From Eledone cirrhosa (lineage: Eukaryota): a stretch of DNA of 64,000 nucleotides. Below the pieces are notes generated by a model that saw nothing but the letters and a program-made list of their open reading frames with translations, had not been told where the DNA came from and did not search any database. Below, in pieces: positions 1 through 10,510 of this stretch; position 1 is the first letter of the stretch; each line of letters starts with the position of its first letter. A program made the position numbers and the translations under genes. Where the stretch lies: assembly GCA_964016885.1 (NCBI GenBank), contig OZ024740.1, forward strand, positions 134,974,001 through 135,038,000, given 5' to 3'.

Positions 1-140
1 TAAATTAGGTTATGAAACAATAAGGAATAACTAAACTATTTTCTAACAACTTTTTAAAACAAAAAGTAGTTTTCTTTATGAAATTGCTATCATATATAAA
101 AAGGAAAGTTTATTAAATTGATCTAAACATTTAGCAGTAG

Positions 141-328
141 CTAATCTTCATGATTTTTCTTCCAGAACTTTTGTATCAGATTAATGGCAACACCAATTGT
201 GAGAGCACCAACAACCATTCCTTGAGCTTTTACTCTTAAATGCATTAGGTATACAGAAGTAGACATGGATCCACGGTTTTTGTAGTTGTAAACTCCATAT
301 CCCACAGCTGCAATACAGCCAGCAATAC
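141..328 (-). CDS. HIGD1A: HIG1 domain family member 1A-like, last coding exon
   Basis: Acceptor ttttttacAG (AG at 330-329), then GT ATT GCT... reading (G)IAGCIAAVGYGVYNYKNRGSMSTSVYLMHLRVKAQGMVVGALTIGVAINLIQKFWKKNHED*. Contains the HIG1 signature LMHLRVKAQG between two hydrophobic helices; TAG at 143-141. Confidence 0.93.
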
Positions 329-394
329 CTGTAAAAAATTTAAAATGAAAGCAAAAGCTTATTTAAAAACAAACACACAATTAGTCTTTATTAA

Positions 395-910
395 TCATCA
401 TCATTTTATGTCTTGTTTTTATGTTGGCATGGTTTGTACAAGTCATTACTGTCCAACTTAGTTCTTATCAAGACATTTCATTTTGATATGATTTTTTATG
501 GCTGGATGTTCATCCAAACACCAACCACTTTATAGAGTGTACTGGGTGTATTTTATCATGGCATCAGCACTAACGAGTTTACCTTGTAGCTTGCCACACT
601 GAAGAGTACTTCTTATTCCATATTGTGTTTGTACATTGAAGGAGTATGACCAAGAGGGTGGATAGAAGAGAGAGCAATGACACAGGAGAAGCCAAGGTGA
701 ATGATGAAGTAAGCAATAATATGGTGGGAGAAAGAGAGCAGAAGGAAAAGTAATAGAAAAAAAGAAAGTAATAAGACAGTAATAACTCCCTGAAATTTGT
801 CCAATCTGTTCGTACTCTGGTAACTATGCTTTTAGATTATCCACCTCCAATGCTAATGAGTTTACCTAAGTAACAAAAGTTATCAACTACTTCCAGTTTT
901 CCTGTATGTC
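395..910 (-). mobile_element. Degraded RTE LINE 3' fragment with Meta-like 3' UTR and (GAT)n tail
   Basis: About 780-900 translates to EVVDNFCYLGKLISIGGG*SKSIVTRVRTDWTNFRELL, matching the intact RTE. Degenerate GGATG..CC..ACACCAACC motif at ~504; (ATC)n at ~395. Confidence 0.65.
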
Positions 911-1284
911 ATAGGCATCCATGAGAACTTCTCTGAAACTGTGACAGCCAAGGTCTCTTTCAGTTTGTATGCCTTCCTTTGATAAATTGTGTTTAGTCTC
1001 TATGTCCATCTAGTTTATAAACTCTGAAGTCACTAAGTACTAATCTATGTGGGGGTGACACATTCTTCACAAAGAAAAACGTTAACATTTACATCCATCT
1101 GTTTATCTTATTTGTTGGTGAGAATAAATCCTATTTGGTTTGTGTATTTATCCAATTAGTAGATGATCAGGTCACTGGACTATTTCCAGATATTTTTATT
1201 GCCTCACAGAACCCCAGAAGCCTCGGTCTCTCCTCACTTTACATATTGTACACATAACCTCCATGTATACTGAAGAAACTAATT

Positions 1285-1740
1285 ATCATCATTCTCATTG
1301 TTTTAATGTCCTGCTAGTAATGGTTGGATGGGTCTACATAGACCAAGTTAGTACTGAAGCGGGGCTACTAACCTCCCAGAAAGGCTGGTCTCACATTCTA
1401 CTGAGTGCACAAGGGAGCCTGTCATGTTTGACACAACCGAAGGGTCCTCCCAACCCTTTGTTTGCCAGGCTTTTTATGGCTGGATGCCCTTCCTATCACC
1501 AACCATTATACAGAATGTACTGGGTGCATTTATCATGTAGATAAACACTAGGGAGGCCATCATGTCCTTGACACAACTGAAGGGTCTTCCCAACCCTTGA
1601 TTGGAAAGCTGCCTACAGATGGATGCCCTTCTTATAATCAACCACTTTACAGAGTGTACTGGATGCATTTATCATATAGATCACCAAAATTAGAGAGGTT
1701 GCCATACCATGATCCAACTGAAGGGTCCACTTGACCCCTT
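1285..1740 (-). repeat. Tandem ~140-bp units containing the Meta-like motif
   Basis: TGGATGCCCTTC recurs at 1481 and 1620, and ACAAC(C/T)GAAGGGTC occurs three times. Related copies lie at ~22000-22270 (+) and ~49880-50130 (+). Confidence 0.65.
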
Positions 1741-2614
1741 TTTTTTCATGGGGATGGAGTAGTGATGGAGAGATTAGCAAAGGAGTGATAGTGGAGGGCG
1801 CAATAATGAGGGTACCTAGAGGGTGACAGCAACTAAGGAATGAATACAGGAGGTGGGGTGTAGGGAGTGCTAGTGGAGGAGGCATGGATGGGGTGCATAA
1901 GAATGAGGAGAGTGTGATAATGCCAGCTGTTATAATGATGTGTTGGAAGGACAGCCACCTGCCAGTCCTGTTTGTGGAGTGTATGCAGAGATAATTGTTG
2001 TTGTTTTGTCTATTACTAGCCTAAGTTTAATTATTTTGTTGCATATTGCCTACCTAAATTACTTTATCCATTTATCTGTTTGCTTTTTTCCACCCAGGAG
2101 AATCTATATATCTTTCCTTGCTCCTGAGTCAGGTCAATGCTCCCCTCTATTTTGTTCCTTGAATACAGCACACATCTACGCATATTCAATCTTCCCTGAC
2201 TTATTTTTCATTGTTATATTGTTATTTCATATTATAAGTATCCCATCAGATGTATGTTAACTTCTGTTGGGCATGTTGTAAAGCACAGCATTCTTTAAAA
2301 TGAAGAAAACATTTTAACAGATATAAGAAGTGTTGGAGAGAGAGAGACACACACAGCAATTTCAATAATTCAATGTTCAAAGTTTAATATTTTGTATCAA
2401 AAACATCCAGGACAGATTCTTAAATAAAAACAATCAAAATTAAAGAAAAGGGTTTTAACAAGTCTCAACAATAGATTGTAACCATTGTAGTATCAATGTA
2501 AATGGAGTAAACAACCTAAAGTATTAATTTTTGTCACTTAGATATTGCTGTCTGGATGTGTATACTGTAAAGTATGTTATGTATAGCAACTGTTCAAATG
2601 GAATTAGGATTCTT

Positions 2615-2780
2615 AATTGTTTCTAACAGATTACAAAGTCAAAAATTTTGGGTTGATTAAATCAACCCCAGTATTTGATTGATACTTTGTTTTATCGACT
2701 CTGAAAGGATGAAAGGCAAAGTTGACTTTAGCAAGATTTGAACTCAGAATGTAAAGAGCTATGTCAAAGACTGTAAGGCA
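2615..2780 (-). mobile_element. tRNA-derived SINE with Nin/Deu-like domain (degenerate)
   Basis: Complement of GCCTTTCATCCTT..GTCGATAAAA plus a B-box-like GAGTTCAAATC. Confidence 0.65.
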
Positions 2781-3287
2781 TTTCATTCAATATCATATGT
2801 TTGTTTTCAATGCTGGCATGGGTGGAATGCCAATCCATTTCCCTTTAAGATCTATATTAATAATGATTTTATATTAGATTTTTCCAAGCAAGCTAGGGTG
2901 AGATGTCTCCATCATCTTACCTTCTGTCATGGTCATTTTGTTGTCTGGTAACAGCACTTGAGTGCAGGACTAAAGAGACCCCTCTACTGTATATCAGTTC
3001 TTATTCAGAGTTATTACCCTCTTGGACATGTTACCTGTGCGCTAATGTCCACATCTCTTTTTGTTTTTTGGTATGGGTTTTACAAGTGGATGCTCTTATT
3101 TGGAGCTGCTGTCATTAACACATGGAAGTCTAAGACATTGGGGATAAAAGGCTGTCTTCATTCTGTAGACAGAGGGGAAAAGCGTTCAAGTGGTAGCTAC
3201 TTATGAAGTAGTTTTCATGTGAACTCGTAGTCCTACACCAATGACACCTGGGAATATAAACCCAGATGGTAAAGATAAGCAATAATA

Positions 3288-3475
3288 ATTGTTTCTACTT
3301 TAGGCACAAGGCCAGCAATTACCCAGTACATTACTGCTACTTTATTTTATCGACCCCGTAAGGATGAAAGGCAAAGTTAACCTCGGCGGGATTTGAACTC
3401 CGGCTGTAAAGGGACGTAACTATGCTAGAAAGCATGGCGTCCAACCCTCTACCGATATTGCCAATTCACTGCCCT
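3288..3475 (-). mobile_element. tRNA-derived SINE with Nin/Deu-like domain, full length
   Basis: tRNA-like head with GTTCAAATCCC B box and GCCTTTCATCCTTACGGGGTCGATAAAATAAAGTA core; flanked by direct repeat TAAGCAATAATAAT (TSD). Confidence 0.8.
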
Positions 3476-3489
3476 TAGGTAAGCAATAA

Positions 3490-4085
3490 TAATGGTTTCT
3501 AATTTAGGCATGAGACTAGCAATATGAGGAAGGGGGAAAATCGATTAAATTGACCCCAGTACTTAACTAGTGTTTTGTCTTTCAACCCTTCGTGGTCAAT
3601 AGAATCAAGTAGACCTCATCATGATTTGAACTCAGAATGTAAATTACCATAATTAAGAACAATTTGAAGTAGAACTATTTTGTTGATTAAAATGCCAAAC
3701 TGTTTTCTATCTATTGTCTTAGACCTAACGATCCACATTTTATACTTCTTGTGTAGTAGTTTATCGTTTTGGAAGAATTGTTGTTAGAGCATCGAACAAA
3801 ATACATTGTAACATTTAGTATGGCCCTTTGCAATCTGAGTTCAAATCCCGCAGAGGCTAGCTTTGCCTTTTATCCTTATGGAGTCCATAAAATACAGTAC
3901 CAGTAATGTATTGGAGAAATTTAATCAACTTTCCTCTCCATAAAACTGTTGGCCTTGTGCTTAAATCAGAAACCATTATTTCTTGACTCTCAAAGGCAGT
4001 TTCGGTAGGGTGTCATACAACATGCTTTGCTGTATTTAGTTGTAGCTCTTTATGTTCTGGGTGCTAATCCCGCTGAGGTTAGCTT
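3490..4085. mobile_element. Cluster of older Nin/Deu-like SINE copies (3490-3640 -, 3770-3980 +, 3995-4085 + partial)
   Basis: Degenerate B boxes and CCTTTTATCCTTATGGAGTC-type cores similar to the 3288-3475 copy. Confidence 0.55.
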
Positions 4086-4089
4086 TGTA

Positions 4090-4480
4090 GGTTCTCTACA
4101 CACAGCACCTTAGACCTAGGTGCTGTGTGCAGAGAACCTACAAAGATTGGAAAGAAATGCATGCGCCGATGGATGTGTAACAGTAGTGTGCATGAGTGGT
4201 GAAACATCAATGAACTGAGAGAAACTAAGCATAAGAGGTTAAATGCAGTGTGCAAGAGAGGAGTTTGCAGTGGTAAGAACATGTGATGCATATAGAGGAT
4301 GATAGCGGTATAAAGAAATGCAGAGCATTCAAAGTCGATAGAAATTATGGAAGAGAAAGACCTGGGAAAGCTTGGGGTTAAGTGATAAAAGCTGACTACA
4401 CACAAACTTCTGAAATGATATTACAAAGGATTGAGATCTCTGACATTATGCTGTATTACAAAAGACCCACTTTCCGATGT
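4090..4480 (+). mobile_element. Degraded RTE C-terminal fragment
   Basis: RWMCNSSVHE...INELRE and RPGKAW motifs resemble the RTE C-terminus. Confidence 0.5.
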
Positions 4481-5007
4481 GCACAGGAAGAAATAAACAT
4501 GTAGGGGACAATAATTTGCGACATTCTTTCCCCATACACCTTCTCCAATCTTAAATTTTCATCTAACCCCATCACCAACTGAGTATCTCACATTAGACCA
4601 GGGTTTCCAACCTGAACGATATCACCCAACAGTAGGCGATGAACAGCTGAATAGAAAATGGTGGGCAACTGGAAATTTTGGTGGGCGATATGGATTTTTG
4701 AGTATTAAGAAGGTATTTCAACAAATGCTACCCGAAAAAAAAAATCTTCAAAAGAGAAATGCAAAGAACCTGTATAAAAATAACAGAAGGCTAAATGGGA
4801 ATAACTGGGCCCCATTCCTAGATTAGAGATAAACATTCTTGCAAACAAGGAACATTTTAATATTTTCTATAGTTTTAAGAAGGGTAATTTAATATTCAAA
4901 TAGTTTTGTTTTTTTTCCAGATATAATTCAGATAAAGGAAGACCGTGAAAGTAAAATAACACAGAAGAAGTATTAGACATAACAAATAAAAAAAATACAT
5001 ATATATA

Positions 5008-5108
5008 CAGGGTGTCCCCCAAAGATGTATATACACTTTGATTACCTGTACAGGCAATATTTATTAGAATGCTGTTGAAGTATGTATACATTTTTTTTGG
5101 ACACTCTA
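5008..5108. mobile_element. Tiny Tc1/mariner-type MITE
   Basis: TA|CAGGGTGTCCCCCAAAGATGTATATACACTT with an imperfect inverted copy AAGTATGTATACATTTTTTTTGGACACTCTA. Confidence 0.55.
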
Positions 5109-5286
5109 CATTAAAAAATATTAGCTGATTTTTTACTAGTTTCTAGTATTATTCTTTTAATTTTATAATTATGAAGAAAAATTTTTTACTTTTTATGTCA
5201 TCACTTGCAGTGTAACCCACACCATAAAACTAACTTTGACCATAACACTAAATTATACCCATCGTAATTAAATGCTGGTATCATGA

Positions 5287-5319
<33 letters not shown>

Positions 5320-5609
5320 AGTCCACCCCGTTAGATGGTTGTTTTGGTTCCACAATAAAAAGCACCTTGTCCATACTGTGACATGGTTTGTGTTAGGAAA
5401 AGCATCCAGCTGTAGAAACCAAGCCAGAAACAGTTCTGTATGTCAAAGACAGTCACCTGATCTGACTTGTCTCAATGTGACAACCTATCTAACCCATGCA
5501 AGCATGGAAAATAGATGTTAAATGGTGAGCATGATGAAATCTATAAATTCAAGAAGGCCATACTAGGATATGTCAGTGTGTAATAAAATACAAAAGAATC
5601 ATAACTGAC

Positions 5610-5703
5610 CGATAGGCATAAAAGGTGCTTCTTTAACCTTCCGCATGAACTTTGATCCAGCAGTTTCTTCATAACCAGTCATTTCTTTATTATCCCCTTC
5701 CAT
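5610..5703 (-). CDS. HIGD1A: HIG1 domain family member 1A-like, first coding exon
   Basis: Acceptor ctattgtAG directly before ATG; reads MEGDNKEMTGYEETAGSKFMRKVKEAPFMPI-G; donor GTCAGT from 5609. Phase 1 joins the 141-328 exon in frame to give 93 aa. SKFMRKVKEAPFMPIG matches the HIGD1 N-terminal motif (SKLIRKAKEAPFVPVG in vertebrates). Confidence 0.92.
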
Positions 5704-5789
5704 CTACAATAGAGCAACATATGTTACAGTACAGTGAAAAACAAACAAACAACATATGATTGTACCAGATTTCGTTACACACACATATA

Positions 5790-6118
5790 CATAAAAACAA
5801 ACACAACACCACCCTTTCTCTGTAAAGTTATGTTGGTACCACAACATCCAGTCCAAAATAAACGAGGTCATGTAGGTGTCACGACAAAAAAACACACAGT
5901 CCACGCTGTAATGTGGCCATGTAGGTAACATGGTAAAAACCTTCCAGTCCACACTGTAAATGTGGTTGGTGTTAGGAAGGGCATCCAGCCGTAGAAAACC
6001 TACCAGACAGTCCTATACAAGCGAGACATGGTCACCCGACCAATCTTGCCTCAAGTGGGACAATTCCCGTCTAAACCCATGCTAGTGTGGAAGATAGACG
6101 TTAAATGATGATGATGAC
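5790..6118 (+). mobile_element. RTE 3' UTR-only insertion (Meta-like module, terminal stem, (GAT)n)
   Basis: Near-colinear with the 3' UTR of the RTE at ~16050-16390; contains GGTGTTAGGAAGGGCATCCAGC and ends CCCATGCTAGTGTGGAAG..GACGTTAAATGATGATG. An older related tail lies at ~5320-5540. Confidence 0.75.
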
Positions 6119-6692
6119 ATCTTCAGGCTTTCTAGGCAAACGCTATGATTGCACCCTTTAAAGGGTCTTATACGACCTATTATTCAGACTATTTTGCTAT
6201 TGTAAAAAGAATCCGATGAAACTTCTTACTTTCTAATAAATATGTGTGCATGTGGGGGGGACTTAGAAATTGGATTCATGAGGATGTGAGTTCGATTCCT
6301 CGACTGGGCAATGCATTCAGCAAAAACATTTTATTCATGTTCCAGTTCATTCAGTTACAAAAATGAGTTGCAGTGTCACTGGCTGTATTGGCCTTGCCTT
6401 TCCCTTTGAAAACACCTTGCCCAGACTTGTCTTGGAAGGGAACTTTCTAGGTGCATCACCCATGGTCAGTCATACACAAACAAAATTTCACTTCCTACCT
6501 CGAGATTTCCCTTTGCATTGTTGTGGCTTTCTTAAATACGTATTTTTACACATTTCACAATGCTTCAAGCAAACTTTAACACCCATATATATATTTATTT
6601 AAGAGTTAAACAAGGTTCAATGAATACATCAAAGAATGAGTTTTACAATAGATTGGAAGCACTCAACAAAAAAATGTTTTCCAGAGTTATTA

Positions 6693-7025
6693 ATATTAAT
6701 TCAAAATATTAACAAAATAGATATTCTTGTGATCAATTATATTTTATTATACATATTTCAGAGGTACTGAGTTAAGTTCAACAGTACGTCTTCAGATAAA
6801 ATAAAATGATACATGACATACCCTGACATGGCAGATGGTTAAGATTTAATCAAGATTCAATCACTACCTTGATTGAATCTTAACCATCTACCATGTCAGG
6901 GTATGTCATGTATCATTTTATTTTATCTGAAGACGTACTATTGAACTTAACTCAGTACCTCTGAAATATGTATAATAAAATATAATTGATCACAAGAATA
7001 TCTATTTTGTTAATATTTTGAATTA

Positions 7026-7029
<4 letters not shown>
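6693..7029. repeat. Near-perfect palindrome: 162-bp arms, 13-nt spacer
   Basis: 6693-6854 is the reverse complement of 6868-7029, with about 3 mismatches on manual reading. Confidence 0.93.
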
Positions 7030-7056
<27 letters not shown>

Positions 7057-7159
7057 AATTTAGGGATTGTAACATCAAGTTACTGTTGGTTCACCAGAGT
7101 GAGCACTTGGTGCGTAATCGCCAGTATGTACTTTGGGGTTGTACTAAGCAGAGCGTAAT

Positions 7160-7407
7160 ATTAATAATAAGCATGGACAAGGTATCAAATTTTCATTAAG
7201 TTTATTCAGGTGTGACGCGCGTTTTGCGATTGATCAATTCAAGCTTTGATCTCTAACATTAAGCTAACAGAAGTCTGATGAGCTTTTGATTCCAGAGTCA
7301 GGCCCAATCGATAGAGATTGAGCCTTGAGCTGATCAATTGCAAAATGCACGTCACACCTGAATAAACCTAATGAAATTTTGATACCTCATCCATACTTAT
7401 TATTAAT
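7160..7407. repeat. Imperfect inverted repeat (~85-bp arms), possible Penelope-like terminus
   Basis: Arms ~7160-7246 and ~7321-7407; CTGATGAG at 7275-7282 lies in the spacer. Confidence 0.75.
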
Positions 7408-8149
7408 GTCCAGAGCATCAATAATTCAAATTAAAAAATATATGTATATAACCATATATCATTAGAGAAACACATAGTATTTTGTACATATATATAAAAC
7501 GCATATACTAAATAGGAATAACCATATACTTTAAGGTGGAAAAGTTATGATATACAGCTATATAGATATATTTGATATATGGCTACATGCATGTATTTTT
7601 TAAAATGTTAATTATATATATACACATGATGATTGCCTCATGTTATCAAATGATAGCCATCTCAACATGACCTGAATCATTTCTGCATATCTACACTCTC
7701 CCATGTGCACGGAGATGACTTTTCAATCTAGCAACAAAAGGCAAGACCAAGACCCCCACCCACAAGCACTGACAACACTACAACATAATATATATCAGCA
7801 TAGATGACTGGTGAACTGAGACTGCTCTTCTTTATACTATATCTCCCGAGCTGATGAAACATCAGTAATAGTAGTATTTCACTGGCACAAATTTGTATGA
7901 CACCCCAATAGCTGCAGCAATAAGCACAATGTCTATCTGATGTTAAGAATTCAGAGTCCTGTCCTGCATTGGCTGGAGAGATAGAATGACAGATGAGAAC
8001 ATTGCAAAAGAGATTTCTATACATCATCGCTTCTACAACAATAATGCCACTCTCTAAGCCTCAGTATATATATATATATATATATATATACCGTCCAAAC
8101 CCATGCAAGCGTGGAACACGGACGCTAAACCTGATGATGATATATATCT

Positions 8150-8355
8150 CATCATCACCGTTTTACATCCATTCTTCCATGCTAGCATGGGTTAGACGAG
8201 TTGTCCTGTTGTGGGCAATGCCAGGTCAGGTGACCATATCTTGCTTATACGGGAACTGATTTTGGCTTGATTTCTACAGCTGGATGCCCTTCCTAACACC
8301 AACCTCATTTACAGTGAATACTGGGTGATTTTTTTTACCGTGGCGCCTTCACGAC
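8150..8355 (-). mobile_element. RTE/SINE 3' tail (Meta-like module and terminal stem)
   Basis: Matches the reverse complement of 55880-56080 and 36995-37200. Confidence 0.8.
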
Positions 8356-9366
8356 AGAATCTGTTGGTGTCTTGTTCCACTGCGCCCCACACAACGAAGT
8401 CGAGGGGGTTGCAGTCAGGCGAGCTGGGAGGCCAGATGTCAGGTGAAGTGTGGTCGACGAAGTTCTCTGACAGCCAGGCTTGGGTCTTTCGGCTGGTATG
8501 GCAGGGCACTGAGTCTTGCTGCCACATGCACACGTATGGCCTACTTGCAGCTACCTGGTCGATCCAGGGCTTTACTACCTCGCTCAGAATGCGGATGTAG
8601 CCATCAGTGTTCAGCTTGAGGCCCTCAGGGAAGAAGTGAGGTGGCATGATGTCACCTTGACTGCTGACGACACCTAAGACCAATGTTGTCGCTGGAAACT
8701 TTGTCTGCATGACTCTGGGCACGTCTTTGGATGAGACAGCGAGCCACCTGTTCTGGGAGTTGATCTTCTGGTCTTGGCAGAAGTTTTTCTCATTGGAGAA
8801 AAACCACAGCATGTCTGGCTCCAGTGGGTGTTTCAACTTGTTGATCAGCTTCTTTGCGTGCTTCAGTCGCTTCTCTTGCATCGCCTTTGACAGAAATTGT
8901 CCTTTCCTCATCTTGTATGAAACGTAGCGAATATCTTCATGTACCACCAGCCTAATGAGCTTTTCATCCACGCCTTTCTCCCTTGCAATGGCACGCATCG
9001 ACTTGCTAGGTTCATTGTAGATGATATACTGAACTTCAGCGACGAATTCGGACGTTCTGAAGGCGTCAGATCGTCGATCATGTGTTTTCCTCTCTGATGT
9101 TGCTTCGTAGTCGAATCCTGAATCTTCCAATTCCTTTCTGACCTTTTCCACCATTCTCCTGCTGACGCTGAGAAAGTCTGAAGTCTCCTTATTTGTCCTC
9201 CCGGCGCAAATTTGGAGGTTCAAAATTATTCATAATCAATTATTCTGAAAATAAATAATGGAAACATAGTCACTGTTTTTATGAAGACAAGAGTGACAAC
9301 GGAAGTAAAAAAAATTTGCATAAAATTAGCAGTTGAAAATTGCGAACAAATATCGTCCACACCCTG
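8356..9366 (-). mobile_element. DD37D (maT) Tc1/mariner transposon, 3'-truncated, defective transposase
   Basis: ORF 8309-9223 has FSNEKNF (first catalytic D changed to N), QQD, then 37 residues to the D of WPPSSPDCNPLD. TIR CAGGGTGTGGACGATATTTGTTCGCAA with adjacent TA at 9367-9368. Confidence 0.88.
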
Positions 9367-9515
9367 TATATATATTTATCAACTAGAAATTGATTGACAT
9401 ACATATATTTAAAATAAACACATGAAACAATCACAGGGGATAATTTGTAAAGTGTGTAATCACACATAGTTATGTAGGTAACTAATTAAAGTTTAACTAG
9501 AGCTTCAAATATTAC

Positions 9516-9600
9516 CTTTTTAAAAAATGATAAATCTTCCTTGTATATATTTCATTAAAGAAATATATTTCACCGTTAATCCGTAAGGTCACAGTAGTCA
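9516..9600 (-). other. Candidate 5' UTR exon of the HIGD1A-like gene
   Basis: The ATG exon starts at a splice acceptor, which suggests an upstream non-coding exon. A good donor (AAG|GTAATA) lies at 9516/9515 in apparently non-repeat sequence. The upstream boundary is a guess. Confidence 0.3.
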
Positions 9601-9795
9601 AATCTTGGATCTTCAGCAAGGGGGAAGATTTAACGATCTGTGCTTACACATCTAATGCAAATCTGCAAGTGAGCCATCGCATGTGTTGCAATTCTAAAAC
9701 TACTAACAGCATGCAAGCATGGATAGGGTGATCGACAGCTATAAATAGCAGCCGGGTCCTTTCAACTGAATAAGCTCTACAATTAAGGAGCCGTT

Positions 9796-9900
9796 TATAT
9801 ATCTAAAATTAATTTAATTAAATTAAATTAAGGGAGTCATGTCCGAGACATGCGCCATATCCACCTCCCTTAATTTAATTTAATTAATTTTAGATATATA
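9796..9900. repeat. AT-rich hairpin or mini foldback element
   Basis: TATATATCTAAAATTAA..TTAAGGGAG (9796-9836) is inverted at 9865-9900 around a 28-nt spacer. Confidence 0.8.
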
Positions 9901-9992
9901 TATAAATTATCGCTCTGCATGGCTGAATACAATAAATGTAATCTGAGTTTTTCGAATATTGATAATCGATTCGTTTGCAATTATGCAAACAG

Positions 9993-10036
<44 letters not shown>

Positions 10037-10510
10037 GTGGTAAGGACTTCGTAGAAATATTCAAGGTATAGAGCAACTCAAATTTGCAAGGAAAGTTTTA
10101 ATATAATTATTAAGGCTACTATGGAGCCAATGAAACGTATGTTCTTGGTATGGCTCCATTCCAGTAATGGGCTTCAATAGTTTATGTGTATGTATATATA
10201 TATATATAGTTTAATAAATGAACAGAGAACAAAAAACAGAGAGGCAGTACAAATGATATTGTTTTTAGTTTCACGCTTGAGAATATATATGAGAGAGAGA
10301 AATGACTACACGACTAGAACTGTTTCATTTGATGAAATCAGTATGAAAGATCCTTATTCTCTACAAACGTATTCAGTACCTTCTTTAACTGAGGTCACCT
10401 CACAATCCCCTTTTGGAATATATATATATATATATATATATATACACCCATGCAAGCGTGGAAGATGAACGTTAAACGATGGTGATGATGATGATGATAT
10501 ATATATATAT

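Noticed and set aside
4598-4700. hAT-like terminus CAGGGTTTCCAACCT
   Set aside because: No matching second TIR or 8-bp TSD found.
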